DNA of 37,393 bases from an uncultured Bacteroidia bacterium (GTDB lineage Bacteria; Bacteroidota; Bacteroidia; Bacteroidales; GCA-2748055): positions 1 to 37,393 of the forward strand of contig CBDTYO010000002.1 in assembly GCA_965364615.1 (NCBI GenBank), read 5' to 3'. This document shows, in pieces, positions 1 through 9,889 of the stretch; position 1 is the first letter of the stretch, and every line of letters starts with the position of its first letter. Both the position numbers and the translations under genes were made by a program. The notes beneath the pieces were generated by a model. It was given only the letters and a program-made list of their open reading frames with translations. It had not been told where the DNA came from and searched no databases.

Positions 1-265
1 ATCACCCACCACCGCTATGTTTTGCCTCACAGCGGCCAGTTTCTTGGCGATCAGCGGACGGCCCAGCGACGTGGCCATGGGGTACTTCGACTCATAGGCC
101 GCGTTCATCTTCAGCGACGGGCCTCAGCGATGACAGATCTTGTTCTCCAGACCTGCCTTCCCAAGTTATGCAACGCAAACGTCCATTGGCCATGATTCCA
201 ATACGAGGACACAACGCTTCGCACTCTTCCATACTATGCGTCGTCAGAACTACACTGGTTCGACT
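1..265 (-). other. Fragment resembling the C-terminal part of an ABC-transporter nucleotide-binding domain (ABCA-like H-loop region). It does not fit the neighbouring genes.
   Basis: The minus-strand frame continuous with the sulfatase fragment reads [33 protein letters not shown] (about 167-259). [10 protein letters not shown] is the H-loop region typical of ABCA-type ATPases. The frame stops at 92-94. There is no start codon and no Walker A/B region upstream, because sulfatase sequence lies there instead. Confidence 0.5.
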
Positions 266-535
266 ACAGGCCCGGCTCGGAGCACAATTGGCTGCCGCCG
301 CATAAGCCTGGCTGAACACCATTCCTTCCCCGGCCAGGCGATCCAGGTTCGGGGTCTCATAGTAATCAGATCCCATGAAGCCCACATCTTTCCAACCCAG
401 ATCATCTGCCACAATCAATAGAATGTTTGGCAGTCCCTCATGGGGGTGATTGCAGGATAGCATGGCCGCCATGGCCCATGCCATGGCCGCCAGAAACAAC
501 AGCAAGGTCCCGCTGAAAATTGATCTTTTCATCAT
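266..535 (-). pseudogene. Truncated N-terminal fragment (about 90 aa) of a secreted S1-family sulfatase
   Basis: It has a signal peptide ([21 protein letters not shown]), [16 protein letters not shown], and CAPSRA (the C-x-P-x-R formylglycine motif). Sulfatase-like sequence ends abruptly right after that motif. An ATGA overlap couples it to the next sulfatase gene. Confidence 0.7.
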
Positions 536-1989
536 TCTCCTGAATAGGTGGGCATGCCAAAATTGAATTTGGCAGAAGGCACCCGCTCCTCATCCATCAT
601 CCTGGCAAATTTTTCTACCAGATCGGGGTGGGCCGGGGCCACATTGTGCTCTTCGAAGGGATCGCTTTCAAGGTGATACAGCTCCAGAGGTGCGTCCGGA
701 TTTTTTCCTACCTGCAGCCTGACCGCTTTCCAGGGTTCTGAAAGAAGGGCCTGTTTCCCTCCCCTCTCATGAAATTCCCAGTAGAGAAAATCATGGGCCT
801 CTTGTTCTTCACCCAGCAATTCGGGGAGAAAGGAAATGCCATCGCTTTGCTGAAACCCAAATCCGGTCAGATCAGACAGCGTGGGAAGCACATCCCAGAA
901 GGCAGAGATATGGTCGCTGGTCCTTCCCTTTTCTATGGTCCCCGGCCAGGACACAATCAGGGGAACACGCACACCCCCCTCATATAAATCCCGCTTCACC
1001 CCGCGAAGTCCCCCGCTGCTATTGAAGAATTCCGGATCGGCGCCGCCCTCCTGGTGGGGTCCGTTGTCGCTGGTGAACATGATGAGGGTGTTTTCAGCAA
1101 TGCCCAGTTCTTCCAGCACCTGCACAATCTCCCCCACATAACGATCTATGCGGCTTACCATGGCTGCAAAGGTGGCATGTGGATGCGGCTGGCTGCAATA
1201 CCTGCCGATGACCATGTCCGGGCCATAATCGGCTCCGGGCCTGCCCACATAGGGTTCTTCCGGGTATTTGCCCAAAAAAGACTGAAAGATTTCATCCTCC
1301 GGAACGATCAATTCGGCATGGGGAATCACAATGGGCAAATAGGCAAAGAAAGTGCTGTCGCTGTGCTCCCGGATAAACTCCAGGGCCCTCTCCTGGATCA
1401 CATCCGGGGCATAAGTCTCCGTGCGGGTCCAATCGTTTCCCGGCAAAAATACCTTCTTCTGGTTTTCCCAGAGATATTCGGGATAATAACGGTGGGCGTA
1501 TCGCTGACAGTTATATCCGAAGAAAAGATCGAAACCCTGGTTGACCGGATCCCCTTCCGAACCCGGAAAACCCAGTCCCCATTTGCCGAATGCCCCGGTC
1601 ACATATCCGGCTTCCTTTAATAATTCGGCCAGGGTGACCACTGAGTCGGCCAGGGGCCACTGTCCTTCCGGACGTACCTCCTGGTTTCCGCGGACCGGGG
1701 TGTGTCCCGTATGCAATCCCGTCATCAGGACAGACCTTGATGGCGCACATACCGTGCTGCCCGAATAATGGCGTGTAAAGCGAATTCCCTCCCTGGCCAG
1801 CTGATCCAGATGGGGTGTGGCAAACTTCTCCTGGCCATAGCAGGAGAGGTCGCCATAGCCCAGGTCATCGGCCAGGATATAAATGATGTTGGGAGGGGAA
1901 GATGACTGCGATTCATGGCTTTGCCCAGGCTGACAGGCGTGAGTCAGGGTTGCCAGGCACAGCATGGACAGGGCAAGGTGCTTATTCAT
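532..1989 (-). CDS. Sulfatase (arylsulfatase / N-acetylgalactosamine-6-sulfatase-like), exported
   Basis: 485 aa with a signal or lipobox-like N-terminus. Motifs are [32 protein letters not shown] (CxPxR) and TSDNGPH. The length is that of a full S1 sulfatase. Confidence 0.9.
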   Translation of the reverse strand: MNKHLALSMLCLATLTHACQPGQSHESQSSSPPNIIYILADDLGYGDLSCYGQEKFATPHLDQLAREGIRFTRHYSGSTVCAPSRSVLMTGLHTGHTPVRGNQEVRPEGQWPLADSVVTLAELLKEAGYVTGAFGKWGLGFPGSEGDPVNQGFDLFFGYNCQRYAHRYYPEYLWENQKKVFLPGNDWTRTETYAPDVIQERALEFIREHSDSTFFAYLPIVIPHAELIVPEDEIFQSFLGKYPEEPYVGRPGADYGPDMVIGRYCSQPHPHATFAAMVSRIDRYVGEIVQVLEELGIAENTLIMFTSDNGPHQEGGADPEFFNSSGGLRGVKRDLYEGGVRVPLIVSWPGTIEKGRTSDHISAFWDVLPTLSDLTGFGFQQSDGISFLPELLGEEQEAHDFLYWEFHERGGKQALLSEPWKAVRLQVGKNPDAPLELYHLESDPFEEHNVAPAHPDLVEKFARMMDEERVPSAKFNFGMPTYSGE

Positions 1990-2069
1990 AAAGTGTGTGT
2001 TTTGGGTAATGTTTTCCCAAGATACATATTTTGAACCTTCACTTTCAAGGATTGTTTACATTTGCGGAA

Positions 2070-3365
2070 ATGAAAAAGGTCTCATTCAAGACACTTGGCT
2101 GCAGGTTGAACCAGTATGAAACCGATGCCCTGGTGACCCGGTTTCACCAGGCAGGGTATGAGGTGGTGGATTTTTCCCAGGCTGCTGATATCACGGTGAT
2201 CAATACCTGCACTGTGACCAACCAGAGCGATCAGAAATCGAGGAACACCATCAACCATGCTGCCCGCAAAAATGCCGGGGCTTTGGTGGTTGTGACCGGA
2301 TGCATGGCCAATCACTACAAAGAACAACTGCAGGCACATGATCTGATCACCTATGTGGTGGACAATGAGCACAAAAACAGCATCGTTTCCCTGGTGGATG
2401 CTCATTTCAAAGGCGAAGTGGTCCAGCCGGATTCTTTTGCGGGAGATGTCTTTGGTTTTGAAACGGTCGATCAGAGTTTGCATACTCGCACTTCCATCAA
2501 GGTGCAGGATGGGTGTGATCATTTTTGCACCTACTGCATCGTTCCCTCCGTAAGGGGAAGAGCGGTCAGCCGTCCCCTGGATGATATCCTGGAAAACATC
2601 AGGCGGGTGGTGGACAATGGCTTCAAAGAGGTAGTGATCACAGGGGTAAACATCGGGAGATACGAACATGGCACATACAACCTGGAGCGCGCCATTGAGA
2701 AGATGGCAGATGTGCCAGGAGATTTCCGCATCCGGATCTCTTCCATGGAGCCGGACGGCTTTGGTCCCGATTTTCACCAGGTGTTTCAGCATCCCAAAAT
2801 GACCCCCCACCTGCATCTCTGCCTTCAGAGCGGCTCTGATAAGATTCTGAAACAAATGCGCAGGATGTATAACACCCGGGGGTTCATGGAAATCCTGGAT
2901 GGCTTTCGCAAGCATTTTCCGGACTTCAACTTCACCACCGACATCATTGTAGGTTTTCCCGGTGAATCGGAAGAGGACTTTGCAGACAGTGTCCGGATGG
3001 CCCGGGAAGCAGCTTTCAGTCACATCCATACCTTCCGTTACTCCAGGAGAAAAGGCACCCGGGCTGACCGCCTGGAGGATCAGGTGGCTGAAAAAGTCAA
3101 ATCGGAACGTAGCGAGGTGATCCGCAAAATCTCCCAAGAGAACAGGATTCAGTACATGCAATCCATGACCGGGAAAGCGCAGCGGGTTCTGATAGAAAAA
3201 GTGGACCGCAAAGGGATGGCCCATGGCTATGGAGAACACTACCTGCCTGTGAAATTCCCGGCCTGCGATGGTAACAGGAATTCATTTCGAAAGGTAAGGC
3301 TTGAGAAAGTGGAACCCGGTAAATCCCCTGTTCTCCGGGGAGTGAATCAAAGCTTCAACCCGTAG
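2070..3365 (+). CDS. mtaB: tRNA methylthiotransferase, MtaB-type (radical SAM)
   Basis: MKKVSFKTLGCRLNQYETDAL is the N-terminal UPF0004/MTTase domain, and CDHFCTYCIVP is the CxxxCxxC radical-SAM motif. The protein is about 431 aa. The ATG at 2070 is preferred over the TTG at 2031 used by the ORF track. Confidence 0.8.
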   Translation: MKKVSFKTLGCRLNQYETDALVTRFHQAGYEVVDFSQAADITVINTCTVTNQSDQKSRNTINHAARKNAGALVVVTGCMANHYKEQLQAHDLITYVVDNEHKNSIVSLVDAHFKGEVVQPDSFAGDVFGFETVDQSLHTRTSIKVQDGCDHFCTYCIVPSVRGRAVSRPLDDILENIRRVVDNGFKEVVITGVNIGRYEHGTYNLERAIEKMADVPGDFRIRISSMEPDGFGPDFHQVFQHPKMTPHLHLCLQSGSDKILKQMRRMYNTRGFMEILDGFRKHFPDFNFTTDIIVGFPGESEEDFADSVRMAREAAFSHIHTFRYSRRKGTRADRLEDQVAEKVKSERSEVIRKISQENRIQYMQSMTGKAQRVLIEKVDRKGMAHGYGEHYLPVKFPACDGNRNSFRKVRLEKVEPGKSPVLRGVNQSFNP

Positions 3366-3838
3366 TAGAGGTGATCGGCCTCCTGGCCATCGATCATGGC
3401 GATGCCAGGCATGACTCCCCAGCTGGCAAAACCATACTTTTCCAGCAAGGCGATGCTGGCCGGATTCCTGTTCAGGAGGATGGCCACAAGCACCGAGAAA
3501 CCAAATTCAGGCGCCATCTGTATCGCATGTTCCATCAGGCGGCTGCCAATTCCAATGCCTCGTTTCTTTTCATCCACATAGTAACTCACTTCGGCCACAT
3601 GGGACAACGCCTGGCGGTCCTGCCGGTAGGGACCCAGGGAAACCCATCCCACTACCTCGGTGTTGCTTTCAATGACAAACACAGGGAAAAGGCTCTGATC
3701 GCGAGCACTGAACCAGCGCTGGCGTTCATTCAGCTCCACCGGTTCCAGGTGCGCTGTACAAAAACGCTGGCGGACTGCCTGGTTGTAGATATCATTGATC
3801 ACCGGCAGGTCGGAGGGTTGTGCTAGTCGGATTCTCAT
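3347..3838 (-). CDS. GNAT-family N-acetyltransferase (phosphinothricin acetyltransferase / YwnH-like)
   Basis: 163 aa. Motifs are VINDIYNQAV and KKRGIGIGSRLMEHAI (the R/Q-x-x-G-x-G acetyl-CoA site). It converges on mtaB and overlaps its 3' end by 19 nt. Confidence 0.8.
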   Translation of the reverse strand: MRIRLAQPSDLPVINDIYNQAVRQRFCTAHLEPVELNERQRWFSARDQSLFPVFVIESNTEVVGWVSLGPYRQDRQALSHVAEVSYYVDEKKRGIGIGSRLMEHAIQMAPEFGFSVLVAILLNRNPASIALLEKYGFASWGVMPGIAMIDGQEADHLYYGLKL

Positions 3839-3947
3839 GACATAAAGATAAAAAACGGAGCCATTCCCTGCTCGTATTAAACTTTTAAGGTCCTTGATTG
3901 TCTAACTCCTATTCTTCGCGCTAAATATTGACTATTAAACACAGAAA

Positions 3948-5183
3948 ATGAGAAAAATAGACAGGAGAATTGTCATCGTCGGCAGCATGTTGTTGATCCT
4001 GCTGGTAGCTTATGGATTAATGCGCTTCCTGATTGCCCAGAGGGATGCTCCCCCGGTTCGCCAGACCATTGAGGCGCGCCGCTTTGTGAGGGTCGAGCCT
4101 GTAAAATACAGCCGCATAAGTGCAGCCGTATCAGAAAGGGGAAGGCTGAGTTCCATCGCTGAAATTGATATAGTGGCTGAAGCCTCAGGAAGAATTGAAG
4201 CTGGAGAGATAATGCTGAAAAAAGGGGCCAGTTTCTCCAAAGGTGATCAACTCTTTGTGATTTACCCCGATGAAGCCAACCTGTCGCTCAAGGCGCGAAA
4301 AAGCCAATACCAGAATACACTGGCCAGCATCATCCCCGATCTGGTGATCGATTTTCCTGAAGCAGAAGAAGGATTTACAGCTTTCTTTTCCTCCATCAAT
4401 GTGGATGAAGCGCTCCCGCCCATGCCTGATATCCAGGACGATAAACTGAAAATATTCCTGGCCAGCAGAAATGTGATCAGCGAATACTACAATATCAAGC
4501 GCGATGAACTTCAGCTGGAACGCCGTACAGTCAAGGCTCCCTTCAATGGTACCTATACCGAGGTGTATATGGAACTGGGTGCCTATACCAATGCAGGGGG
4601 CAGGGTGGCCCGGGCCATTCAGACCGACCAACTGGAAATGGAGGTCCCGGTGATCCGGGCAGATGCAGCCTGGATCAATCTGGGTGATCCGGTCCAGGTG
4701 GTATCCGAGGCCCGTTCACTGACCTGGGAGGGCACCGTGATCCGGAAAGGGCAATTTGTGGATGAAAACACCCAGAGCCAGTCTATTTTCATCCGCATCA
4801 AATCCAATAGCAAACAGACATTGCTTGCAGGGGAGTACCTGACAGCCATCTTCCCGGTTCGGCCCATTGATGGGGTGATGGAGATCCCCAGAAACTCTGT
4901 ATTCAATTCCAATGAAGTTTTTGTGGTGCGACAGGGACGCCTGGCCAAAGAAAGAATTGATGTGATCAAGGTCAATGAACGCACCCTGATTTTCAAGGGG
5001 ATTCCTGAAGGGGACACCCTGGTGGTGCAGCAGCTGATCAATGTATCTGAAGGCACCCTTGTACAAACCGATAAAGAGGATCCGGAGCAGAACAGACAGG
5101 GGCCTGGAGGCCGTGGACCCGGACAGGGAGCCATGGGACAAAACCAGGATTCAACGCTAAATGAAACAAAGGCCAGAAGCTAA
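3948..5183 (+). CDS. RND efflux periplasmic adaptor (membrane fusion protein, HlyD family)
   Basis: It has an N-terminal TM anchor, adaptor-like barrel-sandwich/beta-barrel sequence and a Gly/Gln-rich tail. It lies 12 nt upstream of the RND pump gene. Confidence 0.85.
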   Translation: MRKIDRRIVIVGSMLLILLVAYGLMRFLIAQRDAPPVRQTIEARRFVRVEPVKYSRISAAVSERGRLSSIAEIDIVAEASGRIEAGEIMLKKGASFSKGDQLFVIYPDEANLSLKARKSQYQNTLASIIPDLVIDFPEAEEGFTAFFSSINVDEALPPMPDIQDDKLKIFLASRNVISEYYNIKRDELQLERRTVKAPFNGTYTEVYMELGAYTNAGGRVARAIQTDQLEMEVPVIRADAAWINLGDPVQVVSEARSLTWEGTVIRKGQFVDENTQSQSIFIRIKSNSKQTLLAGEYLTAIFPVRPIDGVMEIPRNSVFNSNEVFVVRQGRLAKERIDVIKVNERTLIFKGIPEGDTLVVQQLINVSEGTLVQTDKEDPEQNRQGPGGRGPGQGAMGQNQDSTLNETKARS

Positions 5184-5195
5184 TACATCCGGACC

Positions 5196-8100
5196 ATGAG
5201 GAAGATTATTGAGAGATTTGTTGAGTACCCGGTATATGCCAACATCATCATAGCTATTGCAGTCCTTGCGGGAGTTTACAGCATGGTCAACATGAAGAAG
5301 GCATTTTTCCCGGAAACGGAAAGCCGGTTTATTACGGTATCCGTATTCTATCCCGGTGCTTCCCCTGTTGAGATGGAGGAAGGTGTTACTTCAAGAATTG
5401 AAGAAGCGGTCAGGGGCCTGATCGGGATCAAGGAGATAAACTCTACCTCAGTGGAAAATTCCGCCTCGGTATCGATTGAGACCACCGGGGAGTATCCCAT
5501 AAACGAGGTGCTTCAGGAAGTGAAAAATGCAGTGGATGGGATCTCTTCTCTTCCTTCTGCGGCAGAACGACCCATCGTCTCCAAACGCCGCTCCAGGGCA
5601 GGAGCCATTATGATGGAATTGGTTCCGGTGGACGGTCAGGATATGGACCTGATGACCCTGAAGGAGCATGCCCAAAGGGTGGAAGAAGACTTTTTCCATT
5701 CAGGGGTGATGAGCCAGATATCCGTTTCAGGCTTCCCCAGTCCTGAGATCTCCGTGGAAATCCAGGAAGAGGAGCTATTGCGCTACAACATTACCTTCGA
5801 TGAGATTGTGCGTTCCATCCAGAACAATAACCGGGATATTTCTGGCGGCGAGATCAAATCAGAGGAGGAAGAGTTCCTGATCAGGCTTCGATCCAGAAGT
5901 GCCAATCCCGATAAGATCGGAAACATTGTATTGCGGGGTCAGACCGATGGAAGCTATGTTCGCATAATGGATGTGGCGGAGGTCAAAGTAAAGTTTGCCG
6001 ACTCACCCAACCGGCAATGGACCAATGGGAAACCTTCTGTTTCGATCAATGTGCAAAAACTGCCCGAGGAGGACCTGGACGAGATTACCGAATACGCCCG
6101 GAATTACATCAAGGAATTCAATGAAAGAAACCTGGGCGTGGAACTGATCGTTTCCAGGGCTTTTCTGGACATTCTTCAAAGCAGGTTGCAACTGCTCAGA
6201 CGAAACGGGCTCATGGGATTCATCCTGGTGATTATTGCCCTTTCGATGTTTCTCAGTTTTCGCCTCTCGCTCTGGGTATCCATCGGCATTCCCATTTCCT
6301 TCCTGGGCATGTTTATCGTAGCCAGTTTTGTCGGAATTACCATCAACCTGCAATCGCTTTTCGGGATGATCCTGGTGATTGGGATCCTGGTAGACGATGG
6401 CATTGTGATTGCTGAAAACATATACCTGCATTTTGAAAGGGGCAAGGGGCCCATGCATGCAGCGGTGGACGGCACCATGGAAGTATTGCCGGCGGTGCTG
6501 ACCTCGGTAACCACCACCATTGTGGCCTTCTCCCCCCTGCTTTTCCTGGCCGGCACACGCATGGAAATGATGCTGCACGTGGCAGTGGTCGTCATTGCTT
6601 CACTGGGATTTTCCCTTTTCGAGGCTTTTCTGATTTTGCCTGCGCACCTGGGAAGCGACTGGGTGCTTAACCGGAAAAAACTGGAGGCCAAAAAACGCGG
6701 ACTGGCCAAGTATTTCGATGGCTTTATCGTCTGGTTGCGCGACCGGGTATATCATTATGCCCTGGACTGGCTGGTCAAATGGCGTTATATTGCTTCGACC
6801 TTCCCCGTGGCACTGGTACTGATTACCATGGGACTGTTTATGGGAGGGCATATCCGCAATACGTTCTTTCCTTCGGTGGATTTCGATCAGTTTACCCTGA
6901 ATATCGCCTTTACACCAGGAGACGGGGAGAGACAAACACTTGAATACCTCGACAGATTAGAAAAATCCATCTGGGAAGTCAGTGACGAGATCACCGAGGA
7001 ACTGGGATTGGACGAGCCCATCATCGAACGCACCAGCAAGAGGCTGGGATCGTCATTCAACGGACAGGAGCGTGGAGCCCATGCAGGGAGCATCAACGTC
7101 TATCCTGTGGACCTGGAAGGCCTGGACATTTCGGGCCGGGACATATCTACCCGGGTAAGCCGGAAAATCGGGAGGGTACCCGAAGCCAGTAAGTTCACTG
7201 TAGGGGGTTTCAACCGATGGGGTTCACCGGTGTCCATAGGTCTGATGTCCAAGAATCTTGAAGAGCTGGAAGAAGCCAAAGAATATATGATCGCCCGCCT
7301 CAATGAAATGCCCCAGTTGAAGGATGTGAATGAAAACATTGCCCTGGGCAAGCAGGAGATCAGGCTCGATTTGAAACCCAGGGCTTACTTCCTGGGCCTT
7401 GACGAAGCTACCATCGCCTCCCAGGTCCGTCAGGGTTTTTACGGGGCACAGGCGCAACGGCTCCAGGTCGGGCGTGACGAGCTCAGGATCTGGGTGCGCT
7501 ATCCCAAATCTGACAGGACCACCCTGGGGCAGATGGAAAAAATGAAGATCAAGACTCCCCAGGGAACTTTTCCCCTGTCGGAACTGGCAGATTACCACAT
7601 GGAACGGGGACCTGTGGCCATCAACCGGTTTAACGGTTCACGCGAGATCCGGGTGGAGGCTGAAACAGTCGATCCCCTGGCCTCTGTGCCTGACATCCTG
7701 GAACAGGTGGAACAAGAAATCATGCCCGAGCTGGAGGCACAGTTTGCCGGAATCCGCTATGTGTATCAGGGCCAGCAGAGATACAGTCAGGAAGCATTGG
7801 GTCAGGCAGGCAGTTCCTATCTGATTGCCTTTGCTGTAATCCTGATGCTCCTGGTCCTGCATTTCCGTAGTGTGCCCAAGGCCATTATCATCATCATGAT
7901 GATCCCCATATCTCTGCTTGGGGTAGCCTGGGGCCATGGCCTGCATGGGCAGCCCCTATCCATTATGAGCCTCTGGGGAGCTGTGGCACTTACCGGGGTG
8001 ATTATCAACGATGCCATAGTGTTTTATTCCAAATTCGACGGATTGTTGGTGGAGGGCTGGAGTGTCAAGGAAGCAGTCAAGGAGGCTGGCAAAATCAGGC

Positions 8101-8426
8101 TCAGGCCCATTATCCTTACTTCTCTGACCACCACCATCGGATTATTTCCGATGCTGTTTGAGAAAAGCGTGCAGGCACAATTCCTGATCCCCATGGCCAT
8201 CAGCCTGGCTTATGGAGTGGCCCTTGGAACCCTTTTTATCCTGATCTTCTTCCCGGTGCTGATTATGTTGCTGAACGATGCCAGGGTATTCCTGAAATAT
8301 TTCTGGACCGGTGTCCGACCCAGCCGTGAAGAGGTGGAAACGGCCATGATTCAGGAAAACAGAAAACGGAGATTTGAGAAAAACCGGGGCAAATTCAAAC
8401 CCACCCTTGAAGAAGACCAATCATGA
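5196..8426 (+). CDS. RND efflux permease (AcrB/AcrD/AcrF family)
   Basis: 1076 aa. It has the typical N-terminus (IERFVEYPVYANIIIAIAVLAG), two large periplasmic loops and 12 predicted TM segments. It sits between the adaptor and outer-membrane-factor genes. Confidence 0.9.
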   Translation: MRKIIERFVEYPVYANIIIAIAVLAGVYSMVNMKKAFFPETESRFITVSVFYPGASPVEMEEGVTSRIEEAVRGLIGIKEINSTSVENSASVSIETTGEYPINEVLQEVKNAVDGISSLPSAAERPIVSKRRSRAGAIMMELVPVDGQDMDLMTLKEHAQRVEEDFFHSGVMSQISVSGFPSPEISVEIQEEELLRYNITFDEIVRSIQNNNRDISGGEIKSEEEEFLIRLRSRSANPDKIGNIVLRGQTDGSYVRIMDVAEVKVKFADSPNRQWTNGKPSVSINVQKLPEEDLDEITEYARNYIKEFNERNLGVELIVSRAFLDILQSRLQLLRRNGLMGFILVIIALSMFLSFRLSLWVSIGIPISFLGMFIVASFVGITINLQSLFGMILVIGILVDDGIVIAENIYLHFERGKGPMHAAVDGTMEVLPAVLTSVTTTIVAFSPLLFLAGTRMEMMLHVAVVVIASLGFSLFEAFLILPAHLGSDWVLNRKKLEAKKRGLAKYFDGFIVWLRDRVYHYALDWLVKWRYIASTFPVALVLITMGLFMGGHIRNTFFPSVDFDQFTLNIAFTPGDGERQTLEYLDRLEKSIWEVSDEITEELGLDEPIIERTSKRLGSSFNGQERGAHAGSINVYPVDLEGLDISGRDISTRVSRKIGRVPEASKFTVGGFNRWGSPVSIGLMSKNLEELEEAKEYMIARLNEMPQLKDVNENIALGKQEIRLDLKPRAYFLGLDEATIASQVRQGFYGAQAQRLQVGRDELRIWVRYPKSDRTTLGQMEKMKIKTPQGTFPLSELADYHMERGPVAINRFNGSREIRVEAETVDPLASVPDILEQVEQEIMPELEAQFAGIRYVYQGQQRYSQEALGQAGSSYLIAFAVILMLLVLHFRSVPKAIIIIMMIPISLLGVAWGHGLHGQPLSIMSLWGAVALTGVIINDAIVFYSKFDGLLVEGWSVKEAVKEAGKIRLRPIILTSLTTTIGLFPMLFEKSVQAQFLIPMAISLAYGVALGTLFILIFFPVLIMLLNDARVFLKYFWTGVRPSREEVETAMIQENRKRRFEKNRGKFKPTLEEDQS

Positions 8427-9721
8427 GCGTAAAAAGAATACTGAGTTATTTAGGGATCAGCCTGTTGTTGTTTTCCGCTGTGCGTGGACAGGATCAGGTA
8501 CTGACCCTGAGCAGGGCGCTGGAACAGGCACTGGAAAACAACTACGGATTGATCATATCCAAAGCGGACCTGCAGGTGGCACAGATCAACAACAACTGGG
8601 GAACGGCGGGCCGTTATCCCACCATTGGTTTCGATGCCTCGGACAACAACAACTATGAACTGAACGATGGCATCTACACCAACCGGCTGTCCGCCGGTGT
8701 GGGTCTTAACTGGGTGCTTTTTGACGGTTTCAGGGTCAATATAACCAAGTCCAGGCTGGAGAACCTGGAGGAACTCCGCTCCGGTGTGCTCGCCCTTCAG
8801 GTGGAATCCACCATTGAGGACATCATCCTTGGTTACTATCAAGTACTGCTTCAGAAGGAGCAGCTTAAGGTGCTGGAAACTATAATGAACCTTTCAAACG
8901 ATCGTTACCAGTACGAGCTCAAGAAACAATCGCTGGGAGGATCGGTCACCTACAATGTGTTGCAGGCAAAGAACACCTATCTCACCGACAAGGCCCTCCA
9001 CATGAACCAGGAGATGCTGGTCCGCAATTCGGTAAGGAACCTCAACTTCATCATGGGGGTGGAACCGTCCCAGACCTGGGAGTTCACGGAAGCTTTTGAG
9101 GCGGACACTTCTGCCTACGTGTTTGGCGATCTGCTGACCAAAATGAAAGCCGACAACCAATCCCTGAAAAACCAATATACCAACCTGCTGCTATCTGAGA
9201 ATGAGACGGCACTGCAAAAATCTGCCTACTCTCCTTCCCTTTCCCTGAGCGCCGGAATGGATTACGGACAGACCTGGGCCTATTCGGGAGGTACACAGAC
9301 TCTCAACACCAACAGCCTTACCCCCTATGGGAATCTGCGTCTCTCCTTCGATATTTATAGTGCCGGAGTCCGCAGAAGGGGAGTGGAAATTGCCACGATC
9401 AATGAAGAAATAGCCCAGGTCGAGATCCAGCAAATGGAGCATGCCCTGACCAACGAGTTGTTCAACCTCCATGACTTCCACCAAGTGCGCCGTGAGTTGC
9501 TGAATGTGGCCAATGAAAATCTGGAAGCCGCCGAATTGAACCTGAGCATTTCCGAAGACAAATACCGCACCGGTGTGATCAATTCATTCAACTACCGGGA
9601 TGTTCAGTTAATCTTCCTGAATGTGAGTTTTCAACGGCTGCAGGCGGTGTATAACCTGATCGGTTCTCAGGCCGCACTGACCCGTATCACCGGTGGATAC
9701 CTGGGATACACCACTGAATAA
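8423..9721 (+). CDS. TolC-family outer-membrane efflux protein
   Basis: 432 aa with a signal peptide and two-repeat OEP-like sequence (LSRALEQALENNYGL..., ...YRTGVINSFNYRDVQ). An ATGA overlap joins it to the RND pump gene. Confidence 0.85.
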   Translation: MSVKRILSYLGISLLLFSAVRGQDQVLTLSRALEQALENNYGLIISKADLQVAQINNNWGTAGRYPTIGFDASDNNNYELNDGIYTNRLSAGVGLNWVLFDGFRVNITKSRLENLEELRSGVLALQVESTIEDIILGYYQVLLQKEQLKVLETIMNLSNDRYQYELKKQSLGGSVTYNVLQAKNTYLTDKALHMNQEMLVRNSVRNLNFIMGVEPSQTWEFTEAFEADTSAYVFGDLLTKMKADNQSLKNQYTNLLLSENETALQKSAYSPSLSLSAGMDYGQTWAYSGGTQTLNTNSLTPYGNLRLSFDIYSAGVRRRGVEIATINEEIAQVEIQQMEHALTNELFNLHDFHQVRRELLNVANENLEAAELNLSISEDKYRTGVINSFNYRDVQLIFLNVSFQRLQAVYNLIGSQAALTRITGGYLGYTTE

Positions 9722-9742
9722 ATTTGTCGTAATTGTGCGAAT

Positions 9743-9760
9743 GCGGACAACCTCTGTCCG
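9743..9760 (+). terminator. Weak stem-loop downstream of the efflux operon
   Basis: CGGACA-acctc-TGTCCG begins 22 nt after the TolC stop codon. No U-tract follows, so an intrinsic-terminator role is uncertain. Confidence 0.25.
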
Positions 9761-9889
9761 GATCAGGTCATTGGATCAAAAGGATCGCGCCCAATCCAGA
9801 ATATCTAATTAGTTTATAATTAGGTTTTTAACAAAATTGGTAGGACCTTTGTATGTTTTTGGATGCCATATTCATCTTAAAACTGCTTC

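Noticed and set aside
250-275. tRNA-like GGTTCGA motif at the chimeric junction
   Set aside because: The flanking bases do not form a T-arm stem (ACTGG and ACAGG are not complementary), and no acceptor or anticodon arms can be drawn.
2082-3239. 385-aa ORF antisense to mtaB
   Set aside because: It lies entirely inside a confidently recognised radical-SAM gene on the other strand. Its translation is His/Pro/Gly-rich with no recognisable motif. This is a typical antisense shadow ORF.
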